DNA of 64,000 nt from a virus: positions 1 to 64,000 of the IMG/VR virus record IMGVR_UViG_3300027867_000003; one strand, written 5' to 3'. The position numbers and the translations under genes are program-made. Position 1 is the stretch's first letter. Every line of letters starts with the position of its first letter. Under the pieces are notes generated by a model. It searched no databases. It was given only the letters and a program-made list of their open reading frames with translations, and was not told where the DNA came from. Shown here one piece after another: positions 1 through 9,781 of the stretch.

Positions 1-97
1 TTAGACCCTTCTTCACAGCCCCGCTTTCAATTTATCTTCAACATCGGCGAGGGCGGTTTTCTGTCCTCTGGGAGTTCTTCGAGGCATCACATTTTTC

Positions 98-436
98 CTA
101 AGAGATTTGAACGCCTGAGATCGCCATAGTCACGGTGTTCCCAGCACTCGCAGCAGCCCAAATTGAACTGAGGGCAGGCAATATATGCCCAACCAAATCC
201 GTGCCGTTCCAGGTCTCCGTAGCGGCGATGGATCGTTGGGTCGTTATTGCATTCTCCGCACTCGCTGCAACACCGTGAGGAACAATATAAATCGTTACTG
301 TGTGCGCGTTGGCGATATCAGTATTGGTGAACGTGGCTTTGTCGATTCGAGTCCGAATTGACGAACTGGTATAATATTGCACCGGGGCAGCCGTCAATTG
401 AACTGGCGCCACTATGGAAATCGGTGTGATGGACAT
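98..436 (-). CDS. small virion structural protein (tail region)
   Basis: Beta-rich Ala/Thr/Ser/Ile ORF co-oriented with and downstream of the tail genes. Confidence 0.55.
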   Translation of the reverse strand: MSITPISIVAPVQLTAAPVQYYTSSSIRTRIDKATFTNTDIANAHTVTIYIVPHGVAASAENAITTQRSIAATETWNGTDLVGHILPALSSIWAAASAGNTVTMAISGVQIS

Positions 437-445
437 CGACTTATA

Positions 446-643
446 TTAGGTCATAACGAAGACAACAGGGATGAGAGAGATTGTCTCTAGAGAGGCGGTG
501 ATTTCCCGCACTACATCTCTTGAATGCCCCTTCCCTAAATCAACAACCGAAACCTCTCGAACAACGGACCGCACGAAAGCCGTTGGGGTTTCAGTCGAAC
601 TGATTTCCCGCACTACATCGTCAACGAATCCCGTATTTGCCAT
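446..643 (-). CDS. hypothetical protein with three VVRE(I/V) repeats
   Basis: VVREIS, VVREVS, VVREIT; tightly packed in the operon. Confidence 0.5.
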   Translation of the reverse strand: MANTGFVDDVVREISSTETPTAFVRSVVREVSVVDLGKGHSRDVVREITASLETISLIPVVFVMT

Positions 644-644
644 T

Positions 645-2168
645 TTAGCTTGCTATCCCTGGTCCCGCAGTTGCAGCATTAACACCACTTCCGGTCCATG
701 AAGATCCAGTATTTGGGTCCGTGTCGAAGCTAGACGAAACCCACACGGCGCCAGTAGCAAGACCAGTATCGGCAACTGACCCAGTTCCGTCTGTGACGCC
801 GCTTAGGACATGCAACGCTAGCCCACGAGCCCCGGTGTCTAAATGTGCTACAGCCCTAACATCCATCCCCCATACCCTAATAGGAGTCGTCGTCAATGCG
901 GGAAAGGTATATAAATCCTCATTTCCTACAGTTGAGGAACTAATTGACGATGTGTCGTCTGGAGCAACTCTTTGGGCCTCACTTTCCCAATTCGTTGCCG
1001 TCCCCGAGCAATCACCCCAAATCTCATATTCATCTTGCCCTGTCGTCATAGCCGGTGCTGGATTGGGTGCCCCGGCAGAATATGTATTTGCGGCCCGCGC
1101 GGCCAATTTTGTCGTCAAGTCGATTAGGGCATAATTAAGTTGAGTGTCAGTTATGAAGCCGATCCAATATGGTGTTCCCGCCGTCAGAGCTACACCACCG
1201 ACTATTGTGCTGCTCAGAGGCGTTCCATCAACGCAGCCAACAACCTCAGTCCCGGTTCCTAACAATGTATGGGGAGCGCTCGATACCTCGGAATACACGA
1301 CTGACTTGAATTTTGCCCCCGAATTCGTTGTCAATGGAACACAGAAAACACTACCGAGGGTGCAGTTGACGTCCGAAATGCAGCGGACAAGAAATAACGA
1401 TCCTACAATCGTGGCCTGAGTGTTAGTTGTTGAATAAATTGCGTGGGCAGCGATTCCAGCAGGGACTATTAAATTCCCTCCGTTGGTAAATTGAGTTTGA
1501 TAATCCCCCGTTGGCCATTGGGTTTCAATCCGAATAGCGTCTGTACAGAATGTGTCGTCAGTCCCCGACATCAATTGAAGATCGTCAATAGCCATACCCC
1601 CATCACCGCCAGATTCGATTCCAAAGACTTGATAGAGATTAAAATAACTATTCGCACTGACAATAGTATTTCCAGTTCCCGTCAATATGGGAACCGCATC
1701 AAGATAGATGGTATAAGCTCCTGTTGAGCTAAATGTGATGTCGCCACTTAAAACGTGAATAGTGTTCAGATTTATCGAACTCCCACTTGAGGCAATCAGG
1801 GTTCCATTGCCGCGATAGAGGGAAATTCGCCCCGTAGTTTCCACCTTAATGTAACATTGCCGGGTTGCGTTGTCAAAGAAAGCAATTCCATTATGGCCAA
1901 TTAGACCATCATAGAATCTCATTGAGAATAATATTCGGCTATAATTTGCTGTAAGGGTCTTCGAGAGCCAAGTCTGAACACCGTCACCGTTGCTTAGGAG
2001 GGCATATCCTGTTGACGACAACCCCTGCACAACATTAAATGTTCCATTGGTAACGTTGTATTCTTGTTGGAGAAGTTGATTCAATGTCAACTGACCGGGG
2101 CCGCCTAGTATAATGCCGGGCGGCCCATATTTGTCCATACCATCTTTATGGACCGTTACATTGGGCAT
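645..2168 (-). CDS. virion structural / fibre-like beta-sandwich protein
   Basis: 507 aa, Gly/Thr/Ser-rich; C-terminal DPNTGSSWT motif typical of phage virion proteins; located in tail module. Confidence 0.6.
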   Translation of the reverse strand: MPNVTVHKDGMDKYGPPGIILGGPGQLTLNQLLQQEYNVTNGTFNVVQGLSSTGYALLSNGDGVQTWLSKTLTANYSRILFSMRFYDGLIGHNGIAFFDNATRQCYIKVETTGRISLYRGNGTLIASSGSSINLNTIHVLSGDITFSSTGAYTIYLDAVPILTGTGNTIVSANSYFNLYQVFGIESGGDGGMAIDDLQLMSGTDDTFCTDAIRIETQWPTGDYQTQFTNGGNLIVPAGIAAHAIYSTTNTQATIVGSLFLVRCISDVNCTLGSVFCVPLTTNSGAKFKSVVYSEVSSAPHTLLGTGTEVVGCVDGTPLSSTIVGGVALTAGTPYWIGFITDTQLNYALIDLTTKLAARAANTYSAGAPNPAPAMTTGQDEYEIWGDCSGTATNWESEAQRVAPDDTSSISSSTVGNEDLYTFPALTTTPIRVWGMDVRAVAHLDTGARGLALHVLSGVTDGTGSVADTGLATGAVWVSSSFDTDPNTGSSWTGSGVNAATAGPGIAS

Positions 2169-2170
2169 AA

Positions 2171-2812
2171 CTAACCTCGGGTTCCCGAAAGGGTCATGGA
2201 AAACCCCGCAGCCGTAGCATCAGCCACCGCCGGTGCAATAATTCGAAGGACATCGCCCGTCGCAAACGTGGGGGCCAGATTATTGACCGTTGAATAACTT
2301 ATATTAACACTTCCACCCTGAATCGTGGCAGACCCAATATTCTTAAAAGTATCTGGCGTCGCAGCAAGAGCCTGGTCGATATCGAGAACCACTTTAGCCG
2401 TCGGTGCAATCTGTAATGTTCCAGTCGAGCCTTCAAAATTCGCGGGGAAGTTTAGCGCCCGGTCAGTCGTGAAACGAAGAAGGACTTGATTAGCCGCAGG
2501 AACAACTCCACTACCATTATACATGATTATGTCATACGGGGCCGGCGTTGGCGGGGGCGTTGTAGCTTGTTCGACGAGAGACTGAATATATCCTGGGCTC
2601 GGAATCAGATTCTCTAAGTCTGATATTTTCGCATAGACCGTTGGGTCAGGCGCGGGCGCTGGATTGCTCGCCGCGTCCGATGCACCTTGGACATTTGTTA
2701 TTAGGGATTGCAAAAATCGATACCAAGTTTGATTGATCGTTCCATCAAGATTTACTAAGGGTGTCTGAGGGGTTGGTAGGTAAATTGTTGGGGCGGGATT
2801 GGAAGCAGTCAT
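2171..2812 (-). CDS. tail accessory protein (gp26-position)
   Basis: N-terminal PLVNLDGTINQTWYRFLQSL; directly follows the gp10-like gene. Confidence 0.55.
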   Translation of the reverse strand: MTASNPAPTIYLPTPQTPLVNLDGTINQTWYRFLQSLITNVQGASDAASNPAPAPDPTVYAKISDLENLIPSPGYIQSLVEQATTPPPTPAPYDIIMYNGSGVVPAANQVLLRFTTDRALNFPANFEGSTGTLQIAPTAKVVLDIDQALAATPDTFKNIGSATIQGGSVNISYSTVNNLAPTFATGDVLRIIAPAVADATAAGFSMTLSGTRG

Positions 2813-2836
2813 AATTATTCGCTAAAGCGGCCATCA

Positions 2837-4387
2837 TTATTCAAAAGTTGCTCCGACTAAGGCGACAGGGAATTTATCAGCAGAAGATAATTCGAATATC
2901 CGATCATAGCCTTTGGCCATCCTGAGACTTCCGAGACGGTTGAATTTAACTCGGCGAGCGGTCTGACCTACAGGACCGCAGGATTGAATTAACTGAGGCC
3001 CCCAAGTATAACCCCCGTCATCAGACCATCGAAGTGCAACGTTCGGTGGGGAGGAATTCAGGGGCAAATTTGTCGTTCCGATACCGCCCGTTTCCATATC
3101 GATCATCAGATAATTGAATCTTAGGAGCCGCCCCGTTGGGGGTTGCTGAATCGCTCGCCAACTCCGAAGCCAGGCCCGAGTATTTCCGTTGTCGTCGAAG
3201 GTATTTAGATTATAGTAATAGATATTCCCGTTGCGATAATCACCGACCAAACTAAGACCTGCAAAGCTGGCAGCGCAATTACCCCAATGTCGATGAGGAA
3301 GGCCGTCCGTGGAGGAATAGGCGGCCCTTTGATGCCACATAGGAACCCCAGCCATTTGGCTCACAGTGTCATCGTAGACCCACGTTTGATCCCCACTTGG
3401 AGATGAGAGGACATAAAATTGATGCCCCTCTTGTTGGTAACAATATCCTATAGCATCTGACGGGTTGGGCCACGCCTGAATTTGTCGCTCTATCGCGTGA
3501 GTCGATATCCTCTGATAGGAATATTGAATCAACTTAACCACAATTCCCTCGCCCTGGGCATTCTGTGCGAGCATGAAAAACGTTTCACCTGACCGCCTCA
3601 CCGAGCCGGGAGCCAAGCATCCAACTTCCATATGTGGCCCAACCTCTCGGCCGAATGTAAAATTGGGTGTTCCATTATTGTTCCAGACCTCTGTATTTCT
3701 TTGTTTCATTACAAAGATTTCATTACGAGTCGAGATCATTTTGACTATTGGATCTGGCTCAACTGACGCTTGGGCGAACTGAAGAGTGGGCCAATTAGTG
3801 AAATCGACTTCATTCGACTGAAATAGATTATAAGTTCCGGGCTGATTTATGAGTCCAAAGCCGTCGTTCTGAACGATGCTCATTCCGACGAAAATTGCCA
3901 AATCAACCCCATTATCTTCCATTGTGACGAACGTGTCGGAGTTCGTCGGTGTGAAGGGCAGGTTGGCAATAGAAAACCCCGGAACTACAGTTCCTTTGGA
4001 ATATAAATACCCTCCTGGACCGCCGATCCCTGTAGCTGAGATCATAGTTACGTTGAAATTTTGATCGACAGAATATAGGCCGTTCCCGCTTACGACATAG
4101 AGCAGTTGTTGCGGAATTAGGGATGTCCCGGTGGCTCCTGAGCTTAAGGTCGCAATATGCATCTCCCGAATGGGGCCAGTTCCGATGGTGAGAAGGGATG
4201 TTAGTCCGGGGGCTCCATAGAGTGCCCCAATTTCCTTTCCGGTATGCGTTTCGACAATTTCGGGATAAACGTTAATTGCCTGTTGATCGGCCAATCGGCC
4301 CGAACGGGACATATAGGCTGGGCCGAAGATCGGCGACTTAATCGGAAGGGGTTGGTTTTGTTGGCCTAGCATATTCTGTTTAGCCAC
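2837..4387 (-). CDS. P22 gp10-like tail hub / packaged DNA stabilisation protein
   Basis: AINVYPE, RISTHAIE, YQQEGHQFYVL, TWVYD..WHQR, LRWSDDGGYTW and RIFELS motifs. Confidence 0.85.
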   Translation of the reverse strand: MAKQNMLGQQNQPLPIKSPIFGPAYMSRSGRLADQQAINVYPEIVETHTGKEIGALYGAPGLTSLLTIGTGPIREMHIATLSSGATGTSLIPQQLLYVVSGNGLYSVDQNFNVTMISATGIGGPGGYLYSKGTVVPGFSIANLPFTPTNSDTFVTMEDNGVDLAIFVGMSIVQNDGFGLINQPGTYNLFQSNEVDFTNWPTLQFAQASVEPDPIVKMISTRNEIFVMKQRNTEVWNNNGTPNFTFGREVGPHMEVGCLAPGSVRRSGETFFMLAQNAQGEGIVVKLIQYSYQRISTHAIERQIQAWPNPSDAIGYCYQQEGHQFYVLSSPSGDQTWVYDDTVSQMAGVPMWHQRAAYSSTDGLPHRHWGNCAASFAGLSLVGDYRNGNIYYYNLNTFDDNGNTRAWLRSWRAIQQPPTGRLLRFNYLMIDMETGGIGTTNLPLNSSPPNVALRWSDDGGYTWGPQLIQSCGPVGQTARRVKFNRLGSLRMAKGYDRIFELSSADKFPVALVGATFE

Positions 4388-4425
4388 TGATTAAACGCTG
4401 AACGTAATATGCGCCACAGCGAGAC

Positions 4426-4443
4426 CGGCGGCCCTTCGCCGGG
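4426..4443 (-). terminator. GC hairpin, possible terminator or processing site
   Basis: CCGGCG-gccctt-CGCCGG stem-loop just after the stop of ORF 4446-4862; no strong U-tract. Confidence 0.3.
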
Positions 4444-4445
4444 GA

Positions 4446-4862
4446 TCATTTCGACAGCGTGGCGATCCACCGCTTTTCCTTCTCGACCATGACCTGCGCC
4501 GCATAGCCGCGCGCATCAGCCTCGGTTTTCGGGTACACGGGCTCGTCCCGAGTGCCAGGCGAGATCACGCGCGGCGGTTTCTTGTTGGTCTGCGCGGCAA
4601 ACTTCGTGCCTTGGCAGCGGTGGCGTACGGCCTCGGCGGCATTGCACGGCACGCTCTTGTGCGCGATCACGTCGGTTGGGCGGACCAAAACCTGTGTGTA
4701 ACCGAGCGTGTTGTCGGGTGCCTTGACCGTATAGCGGCAGAGCCAGCCGACTTTGGTAATCTCTTGGCAGGCAGCAGTGGGCTGAGCTTTGGCATCAACG
4801 AGAGTAGCTGCCGTGGCTGGTTCTGAGAGCATCAACAACAGAAGCGCGAGAAATCGGATCAT
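4446..4862 (-). CDS. exported hypothetical protein
   Basis: Signal-peptide-like MIRFLALLLLMLSEPATAA; four Cys. Confidence 0.55.
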   Translation of the reverse strand: MIRFLALLLLMLSEPATAATLVDAKAQPTAACQEITKVGWLCRYTVKAPDNTLGYTQVLVRPTDVIAHKSVPCNAAEAVRHRCQGTKFAAQTNKKPPRVISPGTRDEPVYPKTEADARGYAAQVMVEKEKRWIATLSK

Positions 4863-4865
4863 CTT

Positions 4866-6272
4866 TTATTGCTCACAGTGGTAAGAGAAAGTGTCACCCG
4901 AAAAGCTGGCGTTGGCGACCGTAAATCCTGCCGTCGTCGCAGGAGCCATCGTGTAGGCCACGCTGCCGCTGACGGTGCAGTGCGGGGCGGTCGTATAGGC
5001 TGGCGTGCCTGAGAACGTCACGGTACAGCCGGTCGCCGTCGTCCCTTCCGTAACCGTACCTCCGGTATCGCTGGCTGTCGCGTCGAGCGCGGGCGATCCG
5101 CTGCCGCAGGAGGATAGTGTCGGCGCGCTACCAGTGTTGGCAATGTGATCGCCGAAGGAAACGAAGCCCTTGCCTGTTCGGATAGCATAGTTTGATGTTG
5201 ATCCGGTTTGATCTCCAACGAATATGCCATCCCTCTCCGTCGCGGCCCCCGACTCCCCTAGCACGTAAACACCAGCTATCTGATTTACCGTACCACCCGC
5301 ATCAAATGTATCTGCGACTACTCCCGCCAATAAAGTCGTTGTTCCGCCGCTTGACTCCGCAAATCCAAATGCCCCTACCGTTTGATCCGATGCCCCGCCG
5401 AAAATTTCTCCGTAGAACATCCCGCCATAATTTATCCTTATGTTTCCGCTCCCAAAAAACAGCGTTCCAGCATACATGCCTTTTAGGGCGTAGAAATTAT
5501 GACTGTTGCTGGATGGCACGACAAGAGAACCATAAATTTGTTGGTAAGTCTCAAATAAGGTGTCTGTATCTATCGAGGGATCTGCAAGTGCGTATATTGT
5601 AAGAGCGGTATCAAAATCACTGTCCGTCCTAGTCAAAAGGGCATTTAGCGCTAGACTTTGTGCCGTTTCTATTGGATAATTTATATCAAAAGCGTTCCAA
5701 TCTCCATTGCCAACGGCTAAGCCCGACGCGAAAGCGCCCTGGCTAAAGTCAGTCGCTGGTTGTGGAGTATTGCTACCGGATGCGCCTTGATCGTTATAGG
5801 AGGTTCCGCAGGCTATAGAGGCTTCGTATCCACCAACCGTCGTATAATCGGGGTTCGTCAGCCAAATATCGATGCCGGCAGCATTTGCTGGACACGCAGC
5901 AGGCGTAATAACATTGTAGTTCGTGCTGTCGAGCGTTGCATTGCCGGTCGTAATCGTCGTTGAGGGTGAACACGCGCTGGAACCAGTCGGCATTCTAAAG
6001 GCAACGCAATAGGCGTAGGTAGTGCTACCAGCCGTGCCGTGCGTCGTGACGGCCGGGGCAGCGGGGGGCGAAGTGCCGGGGACGTAGAGCAGGTTCGCGG
6101 CGTCGCCGCCGAAAGCGCCGCCGGCGTTGTATTGCACGGCGCCGTTGGTCCCGCCCGGCGTACTGCTGCCGCTGCCGCTCGGATTCCACAAATTTTGAGC
6201 CAAGGCTTCAGACGAAACGGAACTCAGAAAAACCGGGACCAACATGGAATATAAATTAAGTTTGTCCCTCAT
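4866..6272 (-). CDS. tail fibre/spike-like protein with signal-peptide-like N-terminus
   Basis: PGGTNGAVQYNAGGAFGG fibre motif; C-terminal PTLSSCG..GTVTEGTTATGCTVTF..YTTAPHC domain; N-terminus ends ALA-Q. Confidence 0.65.
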   Translation of the reverse strand: MRDKLNLYSMLVPVFLSSVSSEALAQNLWNPSGSGSSTPGGTNGAVQYNAGGAFGGDAANLLYVPGTSPPAAPAVTTHGTAGSTTYAYCVAFRMPTGSSACSPSTTITTGNATLDSTNYNVITPAACPANAAGIDIWLTNPDYTTVGGYEASIACGTSYNDQGASGSNTPQPATDFSQGAFASGLAVGNGDWNAFDINYPIETAQSLALNALLTRTDSDFDTALTIYALADPSIDTDTLFETYQQIYGSLVVPSSNSHNFYALKGMYAGTLFFGSGNIRINYGGMFYGEIFGGASDQTVGAFGFAESSGGTTTLLAGVVADTFDAGGTVNQIAGVYVLGESGAATERDGIFVGDQTGSTSNYAIRTGKGFVSFGDHIANTGSAPTLSSCGSGSPALDATASDTGGTVTEGTTATGCTVTFSGTPAYTTAPHCTVSGSVAYTMAPATTAGFTVANASFSGDTFSYHCEQ

Positions 6273-6598
6273 CGTTGATCCATTGTAACAGGGGTCGATG
6301 TCATGTTGGCAATCCCATTGACCTGCTCCTGTGGGGGGAATTCATTTGAGGGCCACGTCAAACAGGCCCCGAAGGGAACCGTATATGACCCAGCTGAATT
6401 TATCCCAGGAACTGTTGCTCCAAAAGAGATGCCAATATTAGCCGCGGTACTAACGTTGCAAATAGATAGCTTTTGTCTGTTTTGAGCCGGAAAAATTGCC
6501 ATGGTCGGCGTGGTTCCGAGGGTCACTGCGGTTTGGGCCAAAGACTGGCTAGCCCACAAGAATGTTACAGAGAATGTAAATATCTTCCAGATCGACAC
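6269..6598 (-). CDS. small beta-rich protein with signal peptide
   Basis: MSIWKIFTFSVTFLWASQSLA-Q; overlaps both neighbours (translational coupling). Confidence 0.6.
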   Translation of the reverse strand: MSIWKIFTFSVTFLWASQSLAQTAVTLGTTPTMAIFPAQNRQKLSICNVSTAANIGISFGATVPGINSAGSYTVPFGACLTWPSNEFPPQEQVNGIANMTSTPVTMDQR

Positions 6599-7335
6599 TA
6601 GGAACTCCCACCAGGTGCATCTCTATAAATGTTCCAAGTAGCCTTAGATCGACTAACAATCTCGCTATCATATCGCCCTATGGTTTGGCGATAATTCGTT
6701 CTTTTGACATTTCCCTTTGTTACGGCAGCGGATTTAATCAGGGCCGGAGATAAGGCGGCCTCGGGGAAATAGATCGCCAATTCGATTGCCAAATTTCTCT
6801 TAAGGGCAATATCATAGCCCTCGGGGAGATTGGCTTCTTCGTCAAGATCAGGAAACTGTGTAAACGGGAGATAGCTGTCCCAGAAAGCGGTCCATCCAAT
6901 GTTGGGAATTGGGAAGAAATTCAATATGCCCCACGGAAATTGTGGATCGTAGAACAGATACATAGGGACATTCGCATTGACCTGAAGGATGTTCCCAATT
7001 TGGTTCCATTGGTCGCGCTGAATGACAGTAAGGGGATAGCGATTGCCAGTTTGGTCGAGAATATAGGCCGCTCCAGTTCCGTCACGGATTCGAAGTGGTC
7101 TTTGGGCATCAATGTCACCGCCAACGCCGATGGTGTAGGTGTACTTACCAGGTACGAATACAACGGATTGTTCTAGATAGGCGTAAGTTGTCATGGCCTC
7201 ATTAGACCATGAATCCAACATATCATTAAGAACTTCGAATCCCCTAGCCATGTCGGCATCACGCACGACTTCACCGGGGGAATAAATCTGAATAGATTCG
7301 AAACTATCAGTTATGATTCGGCGGGCAGTCGCCAC
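6598..7335 (-). CDS. P22 gp4-like head-tail connector (copy 1)
   Basis: TARRIITDS..IYSPGE..LNDMLDSWSNE; LPEGYDIALKRNLAIEL. Confidence 0.8.
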   Translation of the reverse strand: MATARRIITDSFESIQIYSPGEVVRDADMARGFEVLNDMLDSWSNEAMTTYAYLEQSVVFVPGKYTYTIGVGGDIDAQRPLRIRDGTGAAYILDQTGNRYPLTVIQRDQWNQIGNILQVNANVPMYLFYDPQFPWGILNFFPIPNIGWTAFWDSYLPFTQFPDLDEEANLPEGYDIALKRNLAIELAIYFPEAALSPALIKSAAVTKGNVKRTNYRQTIGRYDSEIVSRSKATWNIYRDAPGGSS

Positions 7336-7346
7336 AGACGCGATTC

Positions 7347-7514
7347 CTACTTCTTCCCACGAACCTTCTTCAAATTGGGATTCTTCTTCTTTGCCCCCGG
7401 CGATGCTCGGCGGGTCGAGGCAGCTAGGATCGCCCCCGCTCGTTCTTCGCTAACACCTTCCTTAGCTGCGATCTTTGATTGAACGGCCTTGAATCCGGGA
7501 TGCCTCTTTGCCAT
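7347..7514 (-). CDS. small basic phage protein (55 aa, not in ORF track)
   Basis: Translated by hand as MAKRHPGFKAVQSKIAAKEGVSEERAGAILAASTRRASPGAKKKNPNLKKVRGKK; AGGAG upstream. Confidence 0.7.
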   Translation of the reverse strand: MAKRHPGFKAVQSKIAAKEGVSEERAGAILAASTRRASPGAKKKNPNLKKVRGKK

Positions 7515-7529
7515 CGATTTTCTCCTGTC

Positions 7530-8246
7530 CTACGGTCTCGGTGCCACCGGCACCTGGGGTTGACTGTTTCGGCGGCTCATCGCTCGACTTAGCCGGTTCG
7601 TTAGAGTTAAGAGGGTCTTTGTCTGCTGAGCTTCAGCCATCAACTCAGGCGAGGCCGGCATTCCATAATATGGGGCCGACTCTTTCGCTAGATTAGTCGT
7701 CAGAGCCAATTGTTCTCCCTGAGAGAGATTATAGTTCGTTGAGGGAAGAGCAAATCCGGTGACGCCATAGAGGCCGGGGAAATTGAGTGTCATAGCTCCG
7801 TTAGGAATCGGAGCGACCCAAATTGTGCCCCACGGAAAAGCCGGATTATAGAACATTGTATTTGGGACACCTGAGAGGCCCGAGGCCCCCGACAGACCCG
7901 CGGCGTTGAAAATGGAATTCCACTCCAATTCTGAGACGGAGTTGACATTCGTTGTTGAGGCACCCGAAGTGACGGTGGCAACCGCAGGACCCATCGCAAC
8001 GCGGAGTGGCCGGGGGGTACTGATGACGGCCCCATTTCCAATCGTATAGCTCTGAGTCGCATTCGCTAAGGCCGCCGAAACAGTTGAAACCGAGAATAGT
8101 TGGATTGAATCATCCAACCACTGATCGATCATATCATTGAGGAGTTGAAGGCCCCGCGACTGATCGGCGTCAGAGATCACTTCACCCGGAGCATAGACTC
8201 CGAGTTTTTGCAGGGCATCGGCAATAATGAGGCTCGCAGTGGTCAT
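7530..8246 (-). CDS. P22 gp4-like head-tail connector (copy 2)
   Basis: TASLIIADAL..VYAPGE..LNDMIDQW; clearly paralogous to 6598-7335. Confidence 0.75.
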   Translation of the reverse strand: MTTASLIIADALQKLGVYAPGEVISDADQSRGLQLLNDMIDQWLDDSIQLFSVSTVSAALANATQSYTIGNGAVISTPRPLRVAMGPAVATVTSGASTTNVNSVSELEWNSIFNAAGLSGASGLSGVPNTMFYNPAFPWGTIWVAPIPNGAMTLNFPGLYGVTGFALPSTNYNLSQGEQLALTTNLAKESAPYYGMPASPELMAEAQQTKTLLTLTNRLSRAMSRRNSQPQVPVAPRP

Positions 8247-9031
8247 GCAACAGATTCCTTATTCCGACGACCGGAAGCAGGCGACGACGGCATTACATGA
8301 GCCTCAGGAGTTTCTGGTTCAGGTTCCTCAGATTTCCACTTCGCCAAAATCGCAGCTTCTTCCTCAGGTGTTTTAGCCAATTCTGATTTATCACTTGGCC
8401 GACCGTTCTGATGAATCCATTTGGGCCATTGAGTCGGATCTAAAGTCGCCGGAAGCCGAGGATCATGAATAAGGACGCCGTTAACGAGGCGCGGATAACT
8501 TGGGTCAGGATCAATGTAATCGACATCAGGGTCTCGTTCAACCAAAATTCCGTTTTCCCACCGGGGATATTGGGTCGGAGTATATTCCTCCTCATTTATC
8601 GAGTCATCTAAAACTGATTCGAGCATTCGGCGATTGTAGTCGCCCGCCGGTTTCCAACCCTTTTCGAGCCACTCAGATTCTTCTTTCGAGTTCTTGACCA
8701 CTACGTCGGGAAATACCTCCGGCTCACCCTTAATAGTAAAGGTTCCAACGATTCGATTATTCTCGACCCTCGGTTCGACCCGAGCCTCAGTAGCATCCTT
8801 GTGGTCGGGATGACGAAGAATCTTCGGATATTCGTGATGGTCGGTCTTAACGGCGGGGGCTTCACCGAAGCAAAGATAGCCGCGAGCCCGATGCTCAGCT
8901 TCCTGAGCGACGCCATTGACCGTGACGTTGGGAAATTGTTCTGGGAAGCCAGGAGCATTCCCAATTCCCAACACGGCATTTCGATGCTGAGGGTGTGTTA
9001 GGACAATCGGATAACCCGGTTCAACGGCCAT
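8243..9031 (-). CDS. hypothetical protein with repeated YP/FP motifs
   Basis: YPIVLTHP, YPKILRHP, YPRW, YPRL, WPKWIH repeats; lies in the head-completion region. Confidence 0.6.
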   Translation of the reverse strand: MAVEPGYPIVLTHPQHRNAVLGIGNAPGFPEQFPNVTVNGVAQEAEHRARGYLCFGEAPAVKTDHHEYPKILRHPDHKDATEARVEPRVENNRIVGTFTIKGEPEVFPDVVVKNSKEESEWLEKGWKPAGDYNRRMLESVLDDSINEEEYTPTQYPRWENGILVERDPDVDYIDPDPSYPRLVNGVLIHDPRLPATLDPTQWPKWIHQNGRPSDKSELAKTPEEEAAILAKWKSEEPEPETPEAHVMPSSPASGRRNKESVA

Positions 9032-9281
9032 TGGGGGACTCCACGGATTTTGTCTTCGCTCTGGGTTTTGTTGTCATTGAATCCTGCTTTTGCTTCTGTT
9101 CCACAAGCTTACCGTAGAGAGCATAGACCTGCCGATAAGGCAGCTGCTCCAGGGCAAGCGCGATCGTGTTAAGCTCAGCCGGTGTTACAACAATCGTGTA
9201 ATCCCGCTCAGGCGATTGTTGGGCGAGGACAGGACTGTAGATTGTCGAGACTAAGATCGCTGTAAGAAGCAATAATCGCAC
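9021..9281 (-). CDS. small helical protein resembling fibre-associated chaperones, with signal peptide
   Basis: ELNTIALALEQLPYRQVYALYGKL; N-terminus MRLLLLTAILVSTIYSPVLA-Q. Confidence 0.55.
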   Translation of the reverse strand: MRLLLLTAILVSTIYSPVLAQQSPERDYTIVVTPAELNTIALALEQLPYRQVYALYGKLVEQKQKQDSMTTKPRAKTKSVESPNGR

Positions 9282-9299
9282 AAAAGGAGCCTCGATCTG

Positions 9300-9767
9300 C
9301 TATTGGGCATAGTGCCAGGCGACAAACATTGGATAAGCAAAATGAGTTGCTTGGGCCGGCGATACGATTGTCGCCGCAACACCACAACTCCCTTTGATCG
9401 GCGAAGCCCCGACGAGTTGCTGGCTCGGCTGCCCATAGCCTGTTGTACCTACAATCATGTTGAAGGTCCAACCAATGCCAGCCAAGTTGGTTGTCGTAAA
9501 AGTCTCTGTTGCCGTGGCGCCGGTGGCATCGGAACCGACAGCGAGAATCAAGCTATCGACGTAGATACAGGAGCTTCCGCTAGAGGGAATTGTGATCGTG
9601 GTTTGAGATTCGTTGACCGAACCGGCCGAAATCAAGACATTAGTTGCTGCGTCGAGTCGAGAGGCGTTTTGCTGAACAGGGGCAGGATTCCCCGCCGTCG
9701 ATTGAGCGAGAGCCAAACTCGGAGTCAAGAACCCGATAATCGCGACGGAGGCGAGTAGTTTCTTCAC
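9300..9767 (-). CDS. exported beta-rich protein
   Basis: Classic signal peptide MKKLLASVAIIGFLTPSLALA-Q; AAGGAG RBS. Confidence 0.7.
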   Translation of the reverse strand: MKKLLASVAIIGFLTPSLALAQSTAGNPAPVQQNASRLDAATNVLISAGSVNESQTTITIPSSGSSCIYVDSLILAVGSDATGATATETFTTTNLAGIGWTFNMIVGTTGYGQPSQQLVGASPIKGSCGVAATIVSPAQATHFAYPMFVAWHYAQ

Positions 9768-9781
9768 AGCGTGTCTCCTTG

